62,262 nt of DNA, filler included, from Collodictyon triciliatum (GCA_043381765.1; 5 parts of 5 records of this genome joined end to end with filler, not necessarily neighbours in it); one strand, 5' to 3'. Shown: positions 1 to 30,250, counted from the whole stretch's first letter. Notes: a model not told the origin generated them from the sequence alone. Made by a program: numbers and translations.

Positions 1-195
1 AAAAAAGAAAAAAAAGAAAAAAAAGAAAAAAAGAAAAAAAGAAAAAAAGAAAAAAAGAAAAAAAGAAAAAAAGAAAAAAAGAAAAAAAGAAAAAAGAAAA
101 AGAAAAAGAAAAAAGAAAAAGAAAAAAGAAAAAAGAAAAAGAAAAAAGAAAAAGAAAAAGAAAAAAGAAAAAGAAAAAAGAAAAAAGAAAAAAAA
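1..195. repeat. (A5-7G)n purine tract
   Basis: Direct reading. Confidence 0.95.
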
Positions 196-245
196 TCGTG
201 TACAAGTGCTTGTCTTATTCAACAAAAACTTTTCAACAGCCATAA

Positions 246-3200
246 ATGAGGCGCAGTTCCGTCGCTGTGGGTGTGTGCGCGTTGTTCGCTTTGCAGTCAC
301 TGCTTCTTGTGCAGAATGCCACCTCCTCCTCGTTCTCCGAACAACTCATGGAGACTCGCACTCCTGATGGCGATGCGTGCCTTGTCTGTGTCGTGGTTTC
401 GCTCCTGGTAAGTTTTGTAGCCCTTTCTTTAAATCTCGTTAGACCTCAAATGAATCGCACCAGCTTATTCAACGCGCGGGCTTTATTCACCATTGTCATA
501 CCTTTTTTCTTTTCTTTTCTTTTCTTTATTTTGGTTTATCTATTCATAGTCATTAATACTTATTTTTCTTTGCTTGCTCGGTGCATCCTCTTTTAAACTG
601 CGACTTGTATTTTTGTTTGGCTGTTCGTAGGCTCAAACACTCCGCCCCCGTAACGTGGACGAGTTGCTATCCATGGAGACTGAAATCTGCTCTGCCTTGC
701 CAAATGATGAAGAAATGGTTGGTAGTAGTGCTCAGTTACGAAGATAACAAATATAACAAACAATTGGATCAGTCAAAGAATCGCGCGTTTATGTTCATAT
801 CCCAGATATTTTAGCCTACGAAAAAAGAAGAAAAAAAAGAAGAAAAAAGAAGAAAAAAGAAGAAAAAAGAAGAAAAAAGAAGAAAAAAGAAGAAAAAAGA
901 AGAAAAAAGAAGAAAAAAAGANNNNNNNNNNNNNNNNNNNNNNNNNNNNNNNNNNNNNNNNNNNNNNNNNNNNNNNNNNNNNNAGAAGAAAAAAGAAGAA
1001 AAAAGAAGAAAAAAGAAGAAAAAAGAAGAAAAAAGAAGAAAAAAGAAGAAAAAAGAAGAAAAAAGAAGAAAAAGAAGAAAAAGAAGAAAAAAAGAAAAAA
1101 GAAGAAAGAGAAAGAAAATCGAAGTCAAAGTCATTTATATATATTTTCAATCTATGTTGTCTTTCCTGATTTCTTTACTTACCAAACCTATATTTGATCA
1201 GTGTTATTTCATGGTGGAGAACTACAGCCAAGAAATCATCGACTACCTGGCCAACCCTGCAGATGAGCTTTGCGGACCCTCTGGTGCTTATCCAGTTTGC
1301 GACAAGTGCAAGATTGAGCCGTCTGCAGACCTAGTGAGATAGCCTCTTTATTCCCATATCCTTTTCCATATCCCTCTATCTTGAGGTAGGCTTCAACCAT
1401 ATATCGTTATAGTTGTAAAAAACAAGCAATGAGTATATTATTCTAAATCACCAATAAAAGAATATCAAGATGAATCGTGACCGCCAATCTCGCGCCCGCC
1501 TTGTTGCTGAGCTTCTCCGTCAGCGCAAAAAGAACAAGGTCAATATATGATACAGTTTTAGTTTGCAAAAGCAAAAATTCTCCCCATTTTCATTCCTGGG
1601 TTAATGCATATGTGAGTTTCTTACAGTAAATACCTCCCTTTTTCTTTTTCCCTTGCTTAAAATTTATACTATGGGTGCTCCTTTTTCTTTTGAATGTAAC
1701 GAATTCTTAACAGATTGCATACGAGCCAACCGTCGACCTTGACGCCGACTTCTTTTCTCCTAACCGCGGCGGTCTGCGAGGTATATTGCTGCGATATTGG
1801 ATTATACTTCATCGTGTATATGCTTTTCTTCTTCGTTAAGCATTCTGTTCGATTGTTCCCTAAAATCGTTGAGATTGAGATTTGGCGATGAAAACCAGCT
1901 CTTTAACTGCTATATGGTCCTCAGGTGTTGACTGGCGTGGACGAGACTGCAATGATCGCAACCCTGATGTTCGCCCTGGTGTCTATGATGAATCCCGCTC
2001 GCCTAATATCGACAGAAATTGCAACGGTATCTTCGGTGCTGATTCTCGTGGCGTGGTTAGACTTTATGTCCTAATGTCCTTTTAGCAAAAAAATAAAAAC
2101 AAAAATAAAAATAAAAACAAAAATAAAAATAAAAACAAAAATAAAAATAAAAATAAAAACAAAAATAAAAACAAAAATAAAAATAAAAATAAAAATAAAA
2201 ATAAAAATAAAAATAAAATAAAATAAAATAAAAACAAAAATAAAAATAAAAATAAAATAAAAACAAAAATAAAATAAAAATAAAATAAAATAAAAATAAA
2301 AATAAATAGCCTGTATCCATATTATGCCATTCTTTTTACAAGGGAGTCCACATATAAAGAATCTGAAATATTTATTTTTCTTTCGGCACTTATCAAGTCA
2401 TATGAGTCGCAATACTGCGATTCTTCACGCACAGTCTCTCTCATCGCTCTTGGGGATAGCGCCACCGCTGGGTATAGTGTGATATCTTCGAAATACTACG
2501 ATGCATTCTAGAAATCTATACATAATTGATAAATAAGCTATTCGATCATTAAACCCTTTCATACTCTATTTAGATTCCGTATTCCTGAGCAGGTGACCAT
2601 ACAACATACTCTATCAGTGTTTTTAATGAAAGATAATTTTAGAATTATGTTTTCAAGGCACCGAAATAGGGAAACATGATATGAATTCTTCAAAATAATA
2701 GCCATAGCAATCGCGCCCATACATATAAACGGAAAAAAATCATAAAAATTTATATATTATCCTTTTTTTCTCTCTAGTGGCTCGACCCCAACAACTGTGG
2801 CGATTGGTGCTTCCTCGATACCATCCGCCAGGGTGCTCTCAATGAGTTGGATTGGCCCCATAAATCCGCTGTTACTGGTTTGTGACTCTGACTTTTACAA
2901 TGATTTTTTGTCTTTGGAATTAAACTTACAAAATAATTCGGCAATATAGTCTGCGCAAACGATGAAAACAATTCTGATAAATTATATCTAGGATTTGATG
3001 AACCCAATGGCAACTCCTTGATTGGTTACCTCACTCGCCACAATCGATGCAACCACCGTGATTACCAGAACGTGGCCCGCAATGGGGCTGAATGGGACGA
3101 CTTCTTGACGCAGGTATGAAAGAACCAAACCCCTCCTCCCTCAAAACGCCCTCAAAAACTCTTGATCGTTGGAATGACTTGTTTGTTATCTCAATGTTCA

Positions 3201-4967
3201 AAATTATTTCTCTCTAATCGGTCCACTTTATTTTGTAATAAAAAAACAGAACCAAAAGTTTATCATTACACCGAACAGCAAGCCAGTCATAATGGTTGTT
3301 GCCTATATCGGAAATGATGTATGCAAGAGGAACTTGGCGGACATGACCACTGTGGAAGTAAGTTTAACTAACAAATGGTTGATACACATATGTCATTTAT
3401 ATTGAAGCCATCAGTATTCCTACAGAGGTTTTGTTAATGGATCTTAAATCTTTCTGGGCTAAACCTTGCACCAAGAATAATAATAACAAATCATAACAAC
3501 ATTGATTAACCAAAGGCCGGTAATTTTATAGGAAATAAATACGCACCTCGAGAACGGCTTTACTTTCTTGAACACAAAACTTCCAGCTGGAAGCAAGGTT
3601 TCCCTTTTTATATTATGAGCATCAGAAAGTGTTTCATATATGCCATATTGTCTTTAACATATGTAAATGATACTTGTTTGTGTTCGTTATGGTATTATTG
3701 ATTTAAATAGCCACCTAACTGGATAAAATATCACCCAAAGATTCTTGTCAACGGCCTCGTGGACGGTCGCTTCCTTTGGAATACCCTTTTCGATAAGATG
3801 CACCCGCTAGGCGTGACTTATGAAAATGTTAATGATTCCTCATCAGATACATACTCATCACACATAATTCGCACATGTACTCATTTACGCATAAAAATGT
3901 TCTTGCTATCTAATATTTTGAATGGACAAACTCGCTTCAGCTCTACAACTTCCTTACTTGCACTGATGCCAATCCTTGCAACACTTGGTTGAGTTCCGAT
4001 GAGGCAGTCCGCAATGCCACTACTGACCGTGCTATGGAATTGTCTGCCGTGAGTTCTCCCCTCCCTAATATAGACAAATTTCCTTATTTGCAGCCTTGCT
4101 GCACAAAATCATTTAGAATTCAGAGGCCGCACAAAGGATAAAATGTTTTTCACATTGGTATCATATATTTTTTCTATTATGTACCAATTTTTATATCAAA
4201 TATTAGGCAATTCGCGATTATGTGAGTGCCAATGCTCGCAGGTTTGTGGCCATATACTTTGTGAATCCAAAGAAGAATAAACATTAACTGCTTTAATTCA
4301 TATTTCTAACTAGCCTTCCAATTATACTTATTGCAAACTATTTTTACGTGATACCAATACCAATACCAATTATATATATTTTTTTGACGTGGCCATGTCG
4401 TCTGCAGATTCAACTTTGAGGTAAATTTCATGCAATTTAAATACAACTCGTGCACCTATGTCTTCTCTTTCTGTATATATATATATTTAATATATTAATC
4501 AAACCATCCAGCGAAAACGAAAGAAAGGAATGAATAAAGAAAAGAGGAAAGGAAACGTTCGATATTTTCCTATTTGATACCTTATTTCTGGCTTTAATAC
4601 AGCTTGTATACGAAGACTTCCCACTCGACGAGATGATTCGACGAGCCAATGAACGTGGACTGACCAACCAACAGCTCATTGAGCCGATTGGTAAGTGTGC
4701 ACGTTATGTGGGTCTTTTGTGAAATTAACCAGTGGGCAATCGATTACATAGATGGATTCCACCCGTCTCTCGTCTACGGCCATCCTATCCTGGCTGAGTA
4801 CACATGGGAAACCATCAATCGCAAGTGGCCCCACTGGATTGGTGAACCCAACCGATACAATGAGGTCATCCAGCAGCAATTCGGGTAGCTAATCACATCA
4901 CATCACATCACATCATTCTCAACCACACTCAACCACACTCAATTACAGCAACCAGGGTGGATACTGA
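246..4967 (+). CDS. AOAH: Acyloxyacyl hydrolase (saposin-B domain + SGNH/GDSL lipase), multi-exon, apparently complete
   Basis: Exons joined by GT-AG introns give: signal-peptide-like N-terminus, saposin cysteines (DACLVCVV, EICSALP, CYFMV, DELCG), DLDADFFS..LRGVDWRGRDCND..VRPG, DRNCNGIFG, catalytic LGDSATAG, NELDWPH, RCNHRDYQNVARNGA, IGNDVC, DGRFLW..HPLG, LYNFLTC..NPCNTWL, LIEPIDGFHPS, C-terminal FGNQGGY* (TGA 4965-4967). Confidence 0.93.
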
Positions 4968-5190
4968 GCGAGTTGTAGCTCGTCAAATCAATGTATGTGT
5001 GATGACGTTACGGCTTTCTAAACAGACGACGCTTCAGGCCCTTCCGCTTGTCTTCGCGCACTACACACGCACTCATAAACTCGCCCCTCATAGACAACAG
5101 GCACGAACTTTACTGTCGAAAGTCCACTTGCAGTGAGTCTTTTATAGATGACTGCGATAGAAAACGAGCTGGTGGTGACGAACAGAGCGG

Positions 5191-7575
5191 CTACAAATCA
5201 AAGAACGGGTCCATGCTTGCAATCGATGCACCAGAGTTTGGCACTCCAGCAAAGTCTTCCATGTCGTGCTCATCCTCGGGTGAAAAGACGCTTTGTGCGT
5301 TCATGGGGAGGGAGCCCATCACCCGATGGAGACTCTCAATAACGTCCTACAACGCCAAAAAGAGAGATAGAGAGAGAAAAGAAAACGTGAGTGTCAAAAC
5401 AAAGTCAGGGGACTGGAAAGTATATGTCATTTGTGTGTGTTCGTGTTTGGTTTGGTGTGGGGGTTTACAGACCGTGTTAGCGTGAGGATGGAGTAGCACT
5501 CTTCGAAGAGAATCTGTGCCGCCGACGTGGAGAATGCAGCGCGTGATGGACTGAGACTCCGGTGCAGATGGGCCGAACACAGCAAATATCTCGTCGAGCA
5601 CAAAGACAGCCGCATGCACATCGCCAGACTCGTCGCTGGACAAAAGATGGCAGAGTGCCAGAGCAACGGAATCATCCAGCAAGCGAGTTTGCTGCACATC
5701 GCCAGGAATGCAACGAATCAACTGTCTCAGTGCATTCAATGCATCTAATCGAGCGTCTAAATCCGGGCTTGCAATGTGTCTGGCGATGCCTTGTGTCAGC
5801 CCGTCTGTCTGTGCAATCTAGCAGCAAAGAAAGAGTCAGCCGATGATAGCAAGCACTGCGAATATACGTGATACAGATGTGTAGGTTTAGATACATAGGG
5901 TTGATATAAACCTGTTGCAAGGCCGCAAAGTCCTTGGTCAGCGCCTGGATGAGTTCACAACCCAGCTGCAGCGACTCTTTGCAACCCATGGACACAGCCA
6001 GCGAACGCAAAAAAGCTTTGCCTGTTGATGTAAAGCACGCTGTGTGTCGCACTGGCGGAAACACGCTTACTAAGCGCGTCATGCATGTCAATCCCGACAG
6101 TCGGATGGGGAGTTGATCGTGACTGTGTTGAGAAGCAACGAATATCAGTCAAACATGTGATTCAGCATATTACACATAGGATTCGAGCTGTTAAGCCGAG
6201 AATTAATACGGAGAGAAAAACAAAGTACAGACCAGCACAGTTCTGCCAGGCGTTGGATGACAGTTGCGCTCGGTGCAAATCCTGTGTGGTTCCACCCCGC
6301 ATCTGTGACCAAAGCAGACAGGCAGTTTGCAAAGCGAGAGGCAGCAGGGATATCCTGGGTTGCGATGGCATCCAAGATGAAGTTGACCGCCTTTCGAACC
6401 TATAGATATCGCCCATGTTAACTATCCATTTTCAAAGCTGAGGCCAATTCAGTCGAGATGTAATAAGCATAGAACAAGAGCATAACAAAAACCTCTTGCT
6501 GACAGGAATGTGATTCGGCAGCGCGCACGAGAACAGAGACAGTCCAAAGCACGCTTTTGGTCCACGGGGCATCGGGAGTCGGAGCCATCAATGTTGCCAG
6601 TAGTGGGTGTAAGAGTGGATAAGAAAGCACGGCTGCAGCGTTTGTGGGCGAGTCCAGGGCGATATTCCCCAGAGCGCAGGCGGTGTGATGCATCATATGC
6701 ACATGGCCAGAACCGAGAGCACGAGCGAAGGCGGGAAGGACTCCGGATTGGATCAATGTGTGGCTGTGCTCTCGCCTGCCAGCGGTCAGATTCGTCAGAC
6801 AGGCTACTGCATCCGCCTGTATTGTTCAGTACATGAGATTTGGACCCAGTATAGCACAATATAGAGCAATTTTTATGATATACATGAGCACGAAAGACAC
6901 ATACCCGAATATGCATGTCGTTGCTGTTCAAGGCTAATTGGACAAGCTGTGGGGCGATGCCTGCCTGGAATACTTGGTCGATGGGTGCGTGCGAATCTAT
7001 GGTAAAATAAATGAGCAAACTAATAAAATAGCATCAACACTGGAGTAGAAAAAAGAAAATAAAAAATAGAATATAAAAAAATAGAATATAAAAAAATAGA
7101 ATATAAAAAAAATAGAATATAAAAAAAATAGAATATAAAAAATAGAATATAAAAAAAATAGAATATAAAAAAAATAGAAAATAAAAAAAATAGAAAATAA
7201 AAAAAATAGAATATAAAAAATAGAATATAAAAAAATAGAATATAAAAAAATAATAGGAAAACTTGTACCAGAGGAGAGAATGGCGCGAAAGTAACGAGCG
7301 CTCTGGCGACAAAGGTTGATGTCATGGCTGTAAAGACCAAGAATGGCTTGAATGACAGCAGCAGCGTCATCAACAAGCGCAGCTCCAACCGGGCTCACGG
7401 ACGGCAAATCTGCATCAAAATCCTCATCGGTGGTTCTGGACAGAACCATTCGCTTCTGCATAAGCAGTGCATCCTTTCGTTCCCTTCGAGCAGCCTCCGA
7501 AGCAAATCCACGCCGTGAGTTTCCAACAGAGCGCAGAGTAGTGTTCTTTGCAAAGTCTTCGCGGCGCTTTTCCAT
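5191..7575 (-). CDS. Divergent importin-alpha-like armadillo-repeat protein
   Basis: ATG 7575; IBB-like basic N-terminus (RRERKDALLMQKR); SARYFRAILS..PIDQVFQAGIAPQLVQL; CLTNLTAG; CALGNIALDS; last exon ends MDPFFDL* (TAG 5191-5193). Internal exon boundaries approximate. Confidence 0.75.
7055..7250. repeat. Intronic minisatellite (AAAAAATAGAATAT)n
   Basis: About 13 degenerate 14-16 bp units in the first intron of the importin-alpha-like gene. Confidence 0.9.
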
Positions 7576-9347
7576 TCACACGATGTGCTTTGAGACCAAA
7601 GGCAGGATCCAAGCCAGCAAAAAGAGGAGAGAAGGAACAGGCAAATAGCAAGGATGCTCAGCTACTCTGTTTGTCTTTATGCAAAGGGTCTTGCGAGAGT
7701 GAAGCGTTCTGGGGTGAGTTGGTTGCGAATCGCGTTCTGTGCTTCAAAGACTGCCTTGAATCAAACAACACGGCCCGAGAATCGCTCGTCTCTCCCTTGC
7801 TTCGCGCCCTTCTGCTCTCTGTGGTGATCTGCTACTGGTTTTGCGGAGCGTCTCTTCGGGGCGGTCGTTTGAATTCGGCAGCGGCTTTTGAGCGCGTGTG
7901 TGAGTTCTTGGCTGATCTTGATTTGAAGCAGGTGGCGGGTTGCGAAGGTCGTTTGATGATTATGCTTGCGATGAAGATACGGTTCATAGCTGATGGGTTT
8001 ATATAAGGGCGGGCGGTAAGACAAACTCCGAATTTTAATCATATATGGAATATAATTTCATTTCATTATATAGAGATTTAAGGTTCAATTTTTCTATTAT
8101 GATAATTAATTATTGATTGATTACAATATTTTATATAGTTTAATTAAATCTCTTTTTTAATGGCAGATTCGGCTGTCACACTTTTCAGAGTCGTTCGGCC
8201 GATTTTTTTAGTTGTCTTTTCTGGAGCGTGGGTTTCTATGTCCCTTTGACAGTCTTATTTCTTTGCTGGCTGATAATTATTGGAAAGAATGCTGCAGTTC
8301 AAGAAATTCGACTAGAAACGAGTGGCAGGGCATTGCTCCGGGTTTTGAGAGTATATGCATAGGTCTCGAGAATTGTAACGTGAAAAATTAGAACTCTTGA
8401 GATGGGACGGAGAAAACAATCGGTGGAGATAGGCAACAGGTTTTTTTTTAACTGAACAAAAAACCAAACCCCCCATGAAACAGATAGAATGCACAGAAAA
8501 GAAGTCTTGCAGGCTTTCAAGAACTAGAGAAAGAACGACCAAGCAATGTGCACAATACTGTTGTAAATTTAGGGACGAAAGAAAATCATAATTGTGGAGT
8601 AGTTCTTTGTTGTCAATTCAAAAACCATATGAATAAAAGTAAAAAGTAAAAAAGTAAAAAAGGAAAAAGTAAAAATTAAAAAAAAAAGAGTCGTGGTTCA
8701 TGATGTCGGAGTAGACTATTTTAGAAGGATACTTTGTGACTCGGTGCAGATATTACTCAAGCACAGGAAGTTTGAAAAGGAAACTGGATAATCAAGAATT
8801 AAGAGTTTTGCAATGGCCTCATATTTTAAAGCCTTGAAAGTACTTAATTGTGCGAACTGGCAGAAAATTTATGAATAATTCGATAAAATGAGCATCCCAC
8901 TTTTTCGTCGCTCGCACATGGAACTATGAAAAAAAAATAGTCATGTTATTAGATATAAATATCCCTGGTAGAGGGAAAGAAACACCCACAGTTTCAGTTG
9001 AAAAACTTCTGATATTATGTCACAAACGATTTCAGGATAAGCAAATAAAAACTAAGGAATAAATAAAAAGCAATGCCTATCACTGGCTGAGTTTTGTATT
9101 CTTGGTTTGTATGGTTAGGTGAGATGAGTTTAGTGAAATAGTGGGCAGACGCGATTTCTGTAAATTCGGTGTGTTTGTTTTATTTGAATTAATAGAAAAG
9201 GCGGAAGAGTTCTATTTGAAAAACAAGGGATTATATAGCCCAAGTGAGATGGGGAGGGGGTTTCGGAAGTCAGGTGCGATATCACAATCTAAGTAGAAAG
9301 GTCTCGCGTATATGTTATCTTCCTTTCTTTCTATTTTGCAATTGTTT

Positions 9348-9393
9348 AAGAACCCAGGATTATCGAATAAAGGAAAAAAGAGCCCAGGAATAT
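9348..9393 (+). mobile_element. Micro-retroposon copy 1
   Basis: Insert cgaataaaggaaaa (9364-9377) between direct repeats aagaacccaggattat / aagagcccaggaatat (14/16 identical). Confidence 0.6.
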
Positions 9394-9519
9394 AGTGAAC
9401 CGTTCGGCGGTGTATATAAAAATGAAGAAAATATAATAAAAATAATTGTGTTTGAGCTGATTACATCTGTTTCATTGCATTTTGTTTGAAACACGTAATA
9501 CATGGATTAAATCCGACAC

Positions 9520-12500
9520 AGCCAGCGAGAGAGGGTGTGCTTTTCCGAACAAGGCTGTGCAAATCACATAGGATTGATGTGCCGCGGCCTCTGACTCAGA
9601 CACCCTTTTTTCAGACAAGTTACGCAATCAGTACGAAAATAAATCAGTCAATGTTATCAAAATATCTTCTTATTTATGACCAAGCACTTCTAGTTCGAGC
9701 TGGGTAAATTATACACGAGTATCTATTGATTCAATTCATTTCTATCAGCGAAGCTAAGATGGGTATTGAGTTGAAGTGATGCATAAACGCAAAAAAGAAA
9801 AAAAAAGAGAGATAAAAAAGAGAGATAAAAAAGAGAGATAAAAAAGAGAGATAAAAAAGAGAGATAAAAAAAGAGAGATAAAAAAAANNNNNNNNNNNNN
9901 NNNNNNNNNNNNNNNNNNNNNNNNNNNNNNNNNNNNNNNNNNNNNNNNNNNNNNNNNNNNNNNNNNNNNNNNNNNNNNNNNNNNNNNAAAAAAGAGAAAA
10001 AAGAGAAAAAAGAGAAAAAAGAGAAAAAAGAGAAAAAAGAGAAAAAAGAGAAAAAAGAGAAAAAAGAGAAAAAAGAGAAAAAAGAGAAAAAAGAGAGCTT
10101 ACTTTCTTTCCAAGCTTAGGTTAATGGCCAGCTCCTTGTACACTTCGGCAAGGTAAGGATTTATTTCACCAAAATATTTCCTCAAAAGATGGATGGCATC
10201 TTTGTAAACCTCAGTCGCCTTCTCGAAACTTAATGGCAACGATTTATAAAGAAAAGAATTACATCAATTTTATGAATAACTTGCATGAACGAGTTCTTTT
10301 TTATTTTCATGTATAGTAATTGCATCCATTGTCGCTTTTATTTGCGTAGACGTTTGCAATGATATAATCAAACCCTCCATCCAGCTGCAATGCGTAGGCC
10401 GCATCACATAAAAGATGTGCTATTACATAGTGCCATCTGTCACTGGATTTGAGAATTGCAATGGAGCGTTGTATGTATATTGTAGCATCAACCCCTCTAC
10501 GTAAATATTTTATAAGAAAATTTCAAAAAATCATAATTGAAAATAAGGACAAAACAAAACAAAAAAGTCAATCACAAATTGATCATAGCCTTACGTACAC
10601 ATTCTCTACAAAGCAAAAACCTTTTCAATTTTAGAAGAGCATGAGCTAGATGGCTTTCGCATAGTGCTTTTTCAATAGAGGTCTCTCCATATATTCTGCT
10701 GGCCATTCTTGCTGCCTCACCAAATTGGGCGATGGCTTCATTATATCTATAAGAAAACAAAAGTTTATATATGGTATATGCAAATATACCGGGTATGAGT
10801 ACACCAGAGAAGGTATACATGTATAGAAATTCACACATGAACTTTCTCTAACAATATTGGTGTATAATCTTGCATACTTTTTCAGCTTTATATAGCACTT
10901 CCCAAGATTAAAGTTGTCCATGAGAGCCATAACAGCTAAGAAAATATTAATCAATAAATATAGGCAGAATATACCAAACCTGTGATAAATTCATCGAAGA
11001 ATAGGAATACAGAAGACAAATTTCTGAGTCAAGCCAGATCTAAAAATAAGAGAGCAGGTAACAAACAGAGAAAAGCTTACATATATCAGACCACGTTTGA
11101 ACTCGGTGAATTAGAACCGGCAGAATTGATACATGTTCTTGAATCTCCACATAAAAGCTCGTTAAAGTATAGCCAATTAAATTCAGTTCCTGTAAGAAGA
11201 CATGCCGGTTAAATAAATGCTAATTTACATTTAATTTATCATATTTAAAGGAAAATGAAAATAATCTCTTTGGTCGTAAACTTTGTAAGAGTCGTACCTT
11301 TCTTGCGTCCCGATAAATTCTTTCCTTATCGAACGTCGGAGATGATGAAATTAAAGACCAATAAATAAAAAACTCTTTTCTGTAAAAACTCCGAAGAAGC
11401 TTGGTTGCATACTGTTGTTGATCACCAATTTACATTACTAAACATGTGTTCCTCCAAAAAAGTGAATGAAAAGTTACGCAATCAAAACATTCAATTTATC
11501 TCACATGGATTTGTGCATCAGCAAAATTGATTACATATTTGATAGGAATATGATAAAAAAAGTAGATGTACTCCCAAATATCTAAAGACAACTTGGTATG
11601 CATAAAACAAACAAAAAACAAACAAAAAAAATAATTCATGCCTCGGGATTGGACAGAAATTCAGCCAAAAGATCGACCATCGACGCTGTTACAAGTGCAT
11701 GACACACCTCAGCAATCATGTCAACGTTCCCAACGATATCACTTTCACGCGACAAAATCCACAGCCCGTACTGGCGTATTTCCAGCATAAATGTATCGGA
11801 AAGTGCTTCTTTCAAAGTCTCAGTCATTGCACGGTTTTGGATACGATATCTAATGAGCCCATTAATCGAGTTCTTGATTACAATCAAATATGAAGAATGA
11901 TGGTAAATTATAAATAAATAAATAAATAAATATTTAACATAAACATAATCAACATATGCATACTAATAGTAATCAATAAAAATAAGATATTGATAGTAAA
12001 AACTTAACCTTCCGTCGTAAATAAGAAGAGAGTCCGATATTTGAACCAAAAGCATTTTCCTAATACATGATATATTAATGCGTAAGAAGGCGGAGTAGTA
12101 AATGTAGAGTTTCTTCCTCACTCTATAATAAGATATTTTTCACTAACCACTGCTGATAGTTGAATACCGCACCGAGCCGATATTTCATGTACCCATCGAG
12201 TTGAGACTCAGTAAGACCAATGCGGGATGCACACAAAACCGACAAGCAAACCCGAACGAGAGAGGCCCCTGATACATCAAAATAAAAAAGAAAAGGGGGT
12301 TTCTTAACAAGGAGTTAAAATACGCTTTCACAAAAGAAAATAAACACACTTCCTGTTCATATATAGCTTTACCAAATATCTCTTGAAGAATTTTAATAAT
12401 ATATGCGATGAAAGCCCTCATCGATTGAATGGGAGGTTTTTCGTGGGGCTTCATTTCTTTGCCAAAGGGACTTGTTTCAAACTTAAGGAAATTCAATATA

Positions 12501-12522
12501 GCCCTCAATTCAGCAGGTTTGA
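9520..12522 (-). CDS. NPHP3-like protein (post-NTPase helical region + TPR repeats), 5' end cut by contig boundary, 3' end uncertain
   Basis: Exons encode LVRVCLSVLCASRIGLTESQL (typical of NPHP3-like NTPase-TPR proteins) and kinesin-light-chain-type TPRs (YNEAIAQFGEAARMASRIYGETSIEKA, YVICTALFGKAHPL). Confidence 0.6.
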
Positions 12523-12571
12523 CTATTATTATAATTGCTCTTACTTTTACTTTTACTATTACGATGATTAC

Positions 12572-12673
12572 GATGAAGATGAAGATGAAGATGAAGATGA
12601 AGATGAAGATGAAGATGAAGATGAAGATGAAGATGAAGATGAAGATGAAGATGAAGATGAAGATGAAGATGAA
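12572..12673. repeat. (GATGAA)n microsatellite at contig end
   Basis: Direct reading. Confidence 0.95.
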
Positions 12674-12773
12674 NNNNNNNNNNNNNNNNNNNNNNNNNNN
12701 NNNNNNNNNNNNNNNNNTTAATTAATTAANNNNNNNNNNNNNNNNNNNNNNNNNNNNNNNNNNNNNNNNNNNN
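12674..12773. other. Artificial contig spacer (N-TTAATTAATTAA-N)
   Basis: 100-nt N run with a central six-frame stop linker; genes on both sides are truncated. Confidence 0.95.
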
Positions 12774-12820
12774 TTCTCTTTTCTCTTTTCTCTTTTCTCT
12801 TTCCTTTCACACGTCGTTAG

Positions 12821-16954
<4,134 letters not shown>

Positions 16955-17372
16955 GTGCGTCCTACCTGCGCCGATTCCTGTGCAGACTCGTGGTTGTCCC
17001 AGACCGAACGGGAGGATGTATGTGTGTTGTGTTTGTTTTCTTTGTAGACTCATCTACGACCGAGGAAAAGCGCCTGCGTGCAAATGCTATGCAGCAGCGT
17101 ACTTTGCGGTCGATGGGAGTCACATAAAACAGAGTCTGCTTGTCTCTTGTGGATTATGTGGTGGCATTGGCCTTGGCCATGGCGGGTTGTGTGTGCGGCT
17201 CCTGCCAAAGGGTTTGTTTATGGATGGCCAAGGAAAGGAGCAGGACATTCCTGGCAACAATATCAACTGCACCGACTGCCGCAAATACGGACACAATCGA
17301 GGCGTCTGCTTCGTCTGGTTGCGTGTATTACTTCCTTGCGGAGGGTCTGCTGTGAGTGAAGATGCACAGACA

Positions 17373-23026
<5,654 letters not shown>

Positions 23027-23935
23027 ATCCAGAAAACCAATCCCATCGCCTCTATTTCCACGTTATCCAAGCATAAATTGAGCAGATTCGCCGCTTGGGT
23101 GGCAGAATGGAGCTGTTGCTGCCAGGAAAGAGTCATTAATAAAAGAAACCTTGGAGACGCAGCGACGTTTTCATTCAAAACAAAATTGCTGCTGCTGAAG
23201 ATACGAATTCAGCCGATTTCGGCAAACTTGTCACGAGAATGCCCAAAATTTCGGAACGTGTAGACTGCTGTCCTGATTGCGCAGCTCGCTTTATGTTGCG
23301 CCGTAGAAAAGGTCTTGCCACTCCGACGGAAACACTAATGGCGAATAAAGTACACGGTATCAATGATGGTCTCGACTGGCTGAGTCTCTTTGCTGTATGC
23401 AACCCTGACACTTCTATTTCTTCACCACCTACACCAGGATATTCGCTTTTTTAACTTTTCTTGTGCCTTTGAGCTACTTCCGGACAGTGTCTTCAAAGCG
23501 TTGTTAATTAAACAACAAAAAAAATAATAATGAAAAACATTTTCAAAACAATATATTTTTTGTTCATCAGAGCAATCTCACTCAGAAATTAAAAAAAAAA
23601 ACTCACATATTTTCTCGCAGAGGAAGATGAATTAGAGATTATTTGCAGCTGTGAAAAGGATTCAGAGCAGGAGAGGCATAATCTGCTAGACTGGAGGTTG
23701 CGCTCACGACATAAACTTGACTCGAGGACGGTGTCGATTTTACTTTTGATTACAAACGCATATTTGCATTATTTTATCACCACAAACACTCGCAGTTGCA
23801 ACAAAATAATAATTTACAAAGACGGCAAAGTAGCAGACGCCTCATAATTTTCAGATAGGCGGGAACGATGGCTGATGCAGATGTCATTTTATTAGGCTTT
23901 GATTGATTTCAAATCTAATTATTGTCAACGGGAAA

Positions 23936-30250
<6,315 letters not shown>

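Noticed and set aside
12718-12729. TTAATTAATTAA palindrome repeated four times in the window
   Set aside because: Always centred in exactly 100 nt of N padding; it is an artificial six-frame stop linker, not biology.
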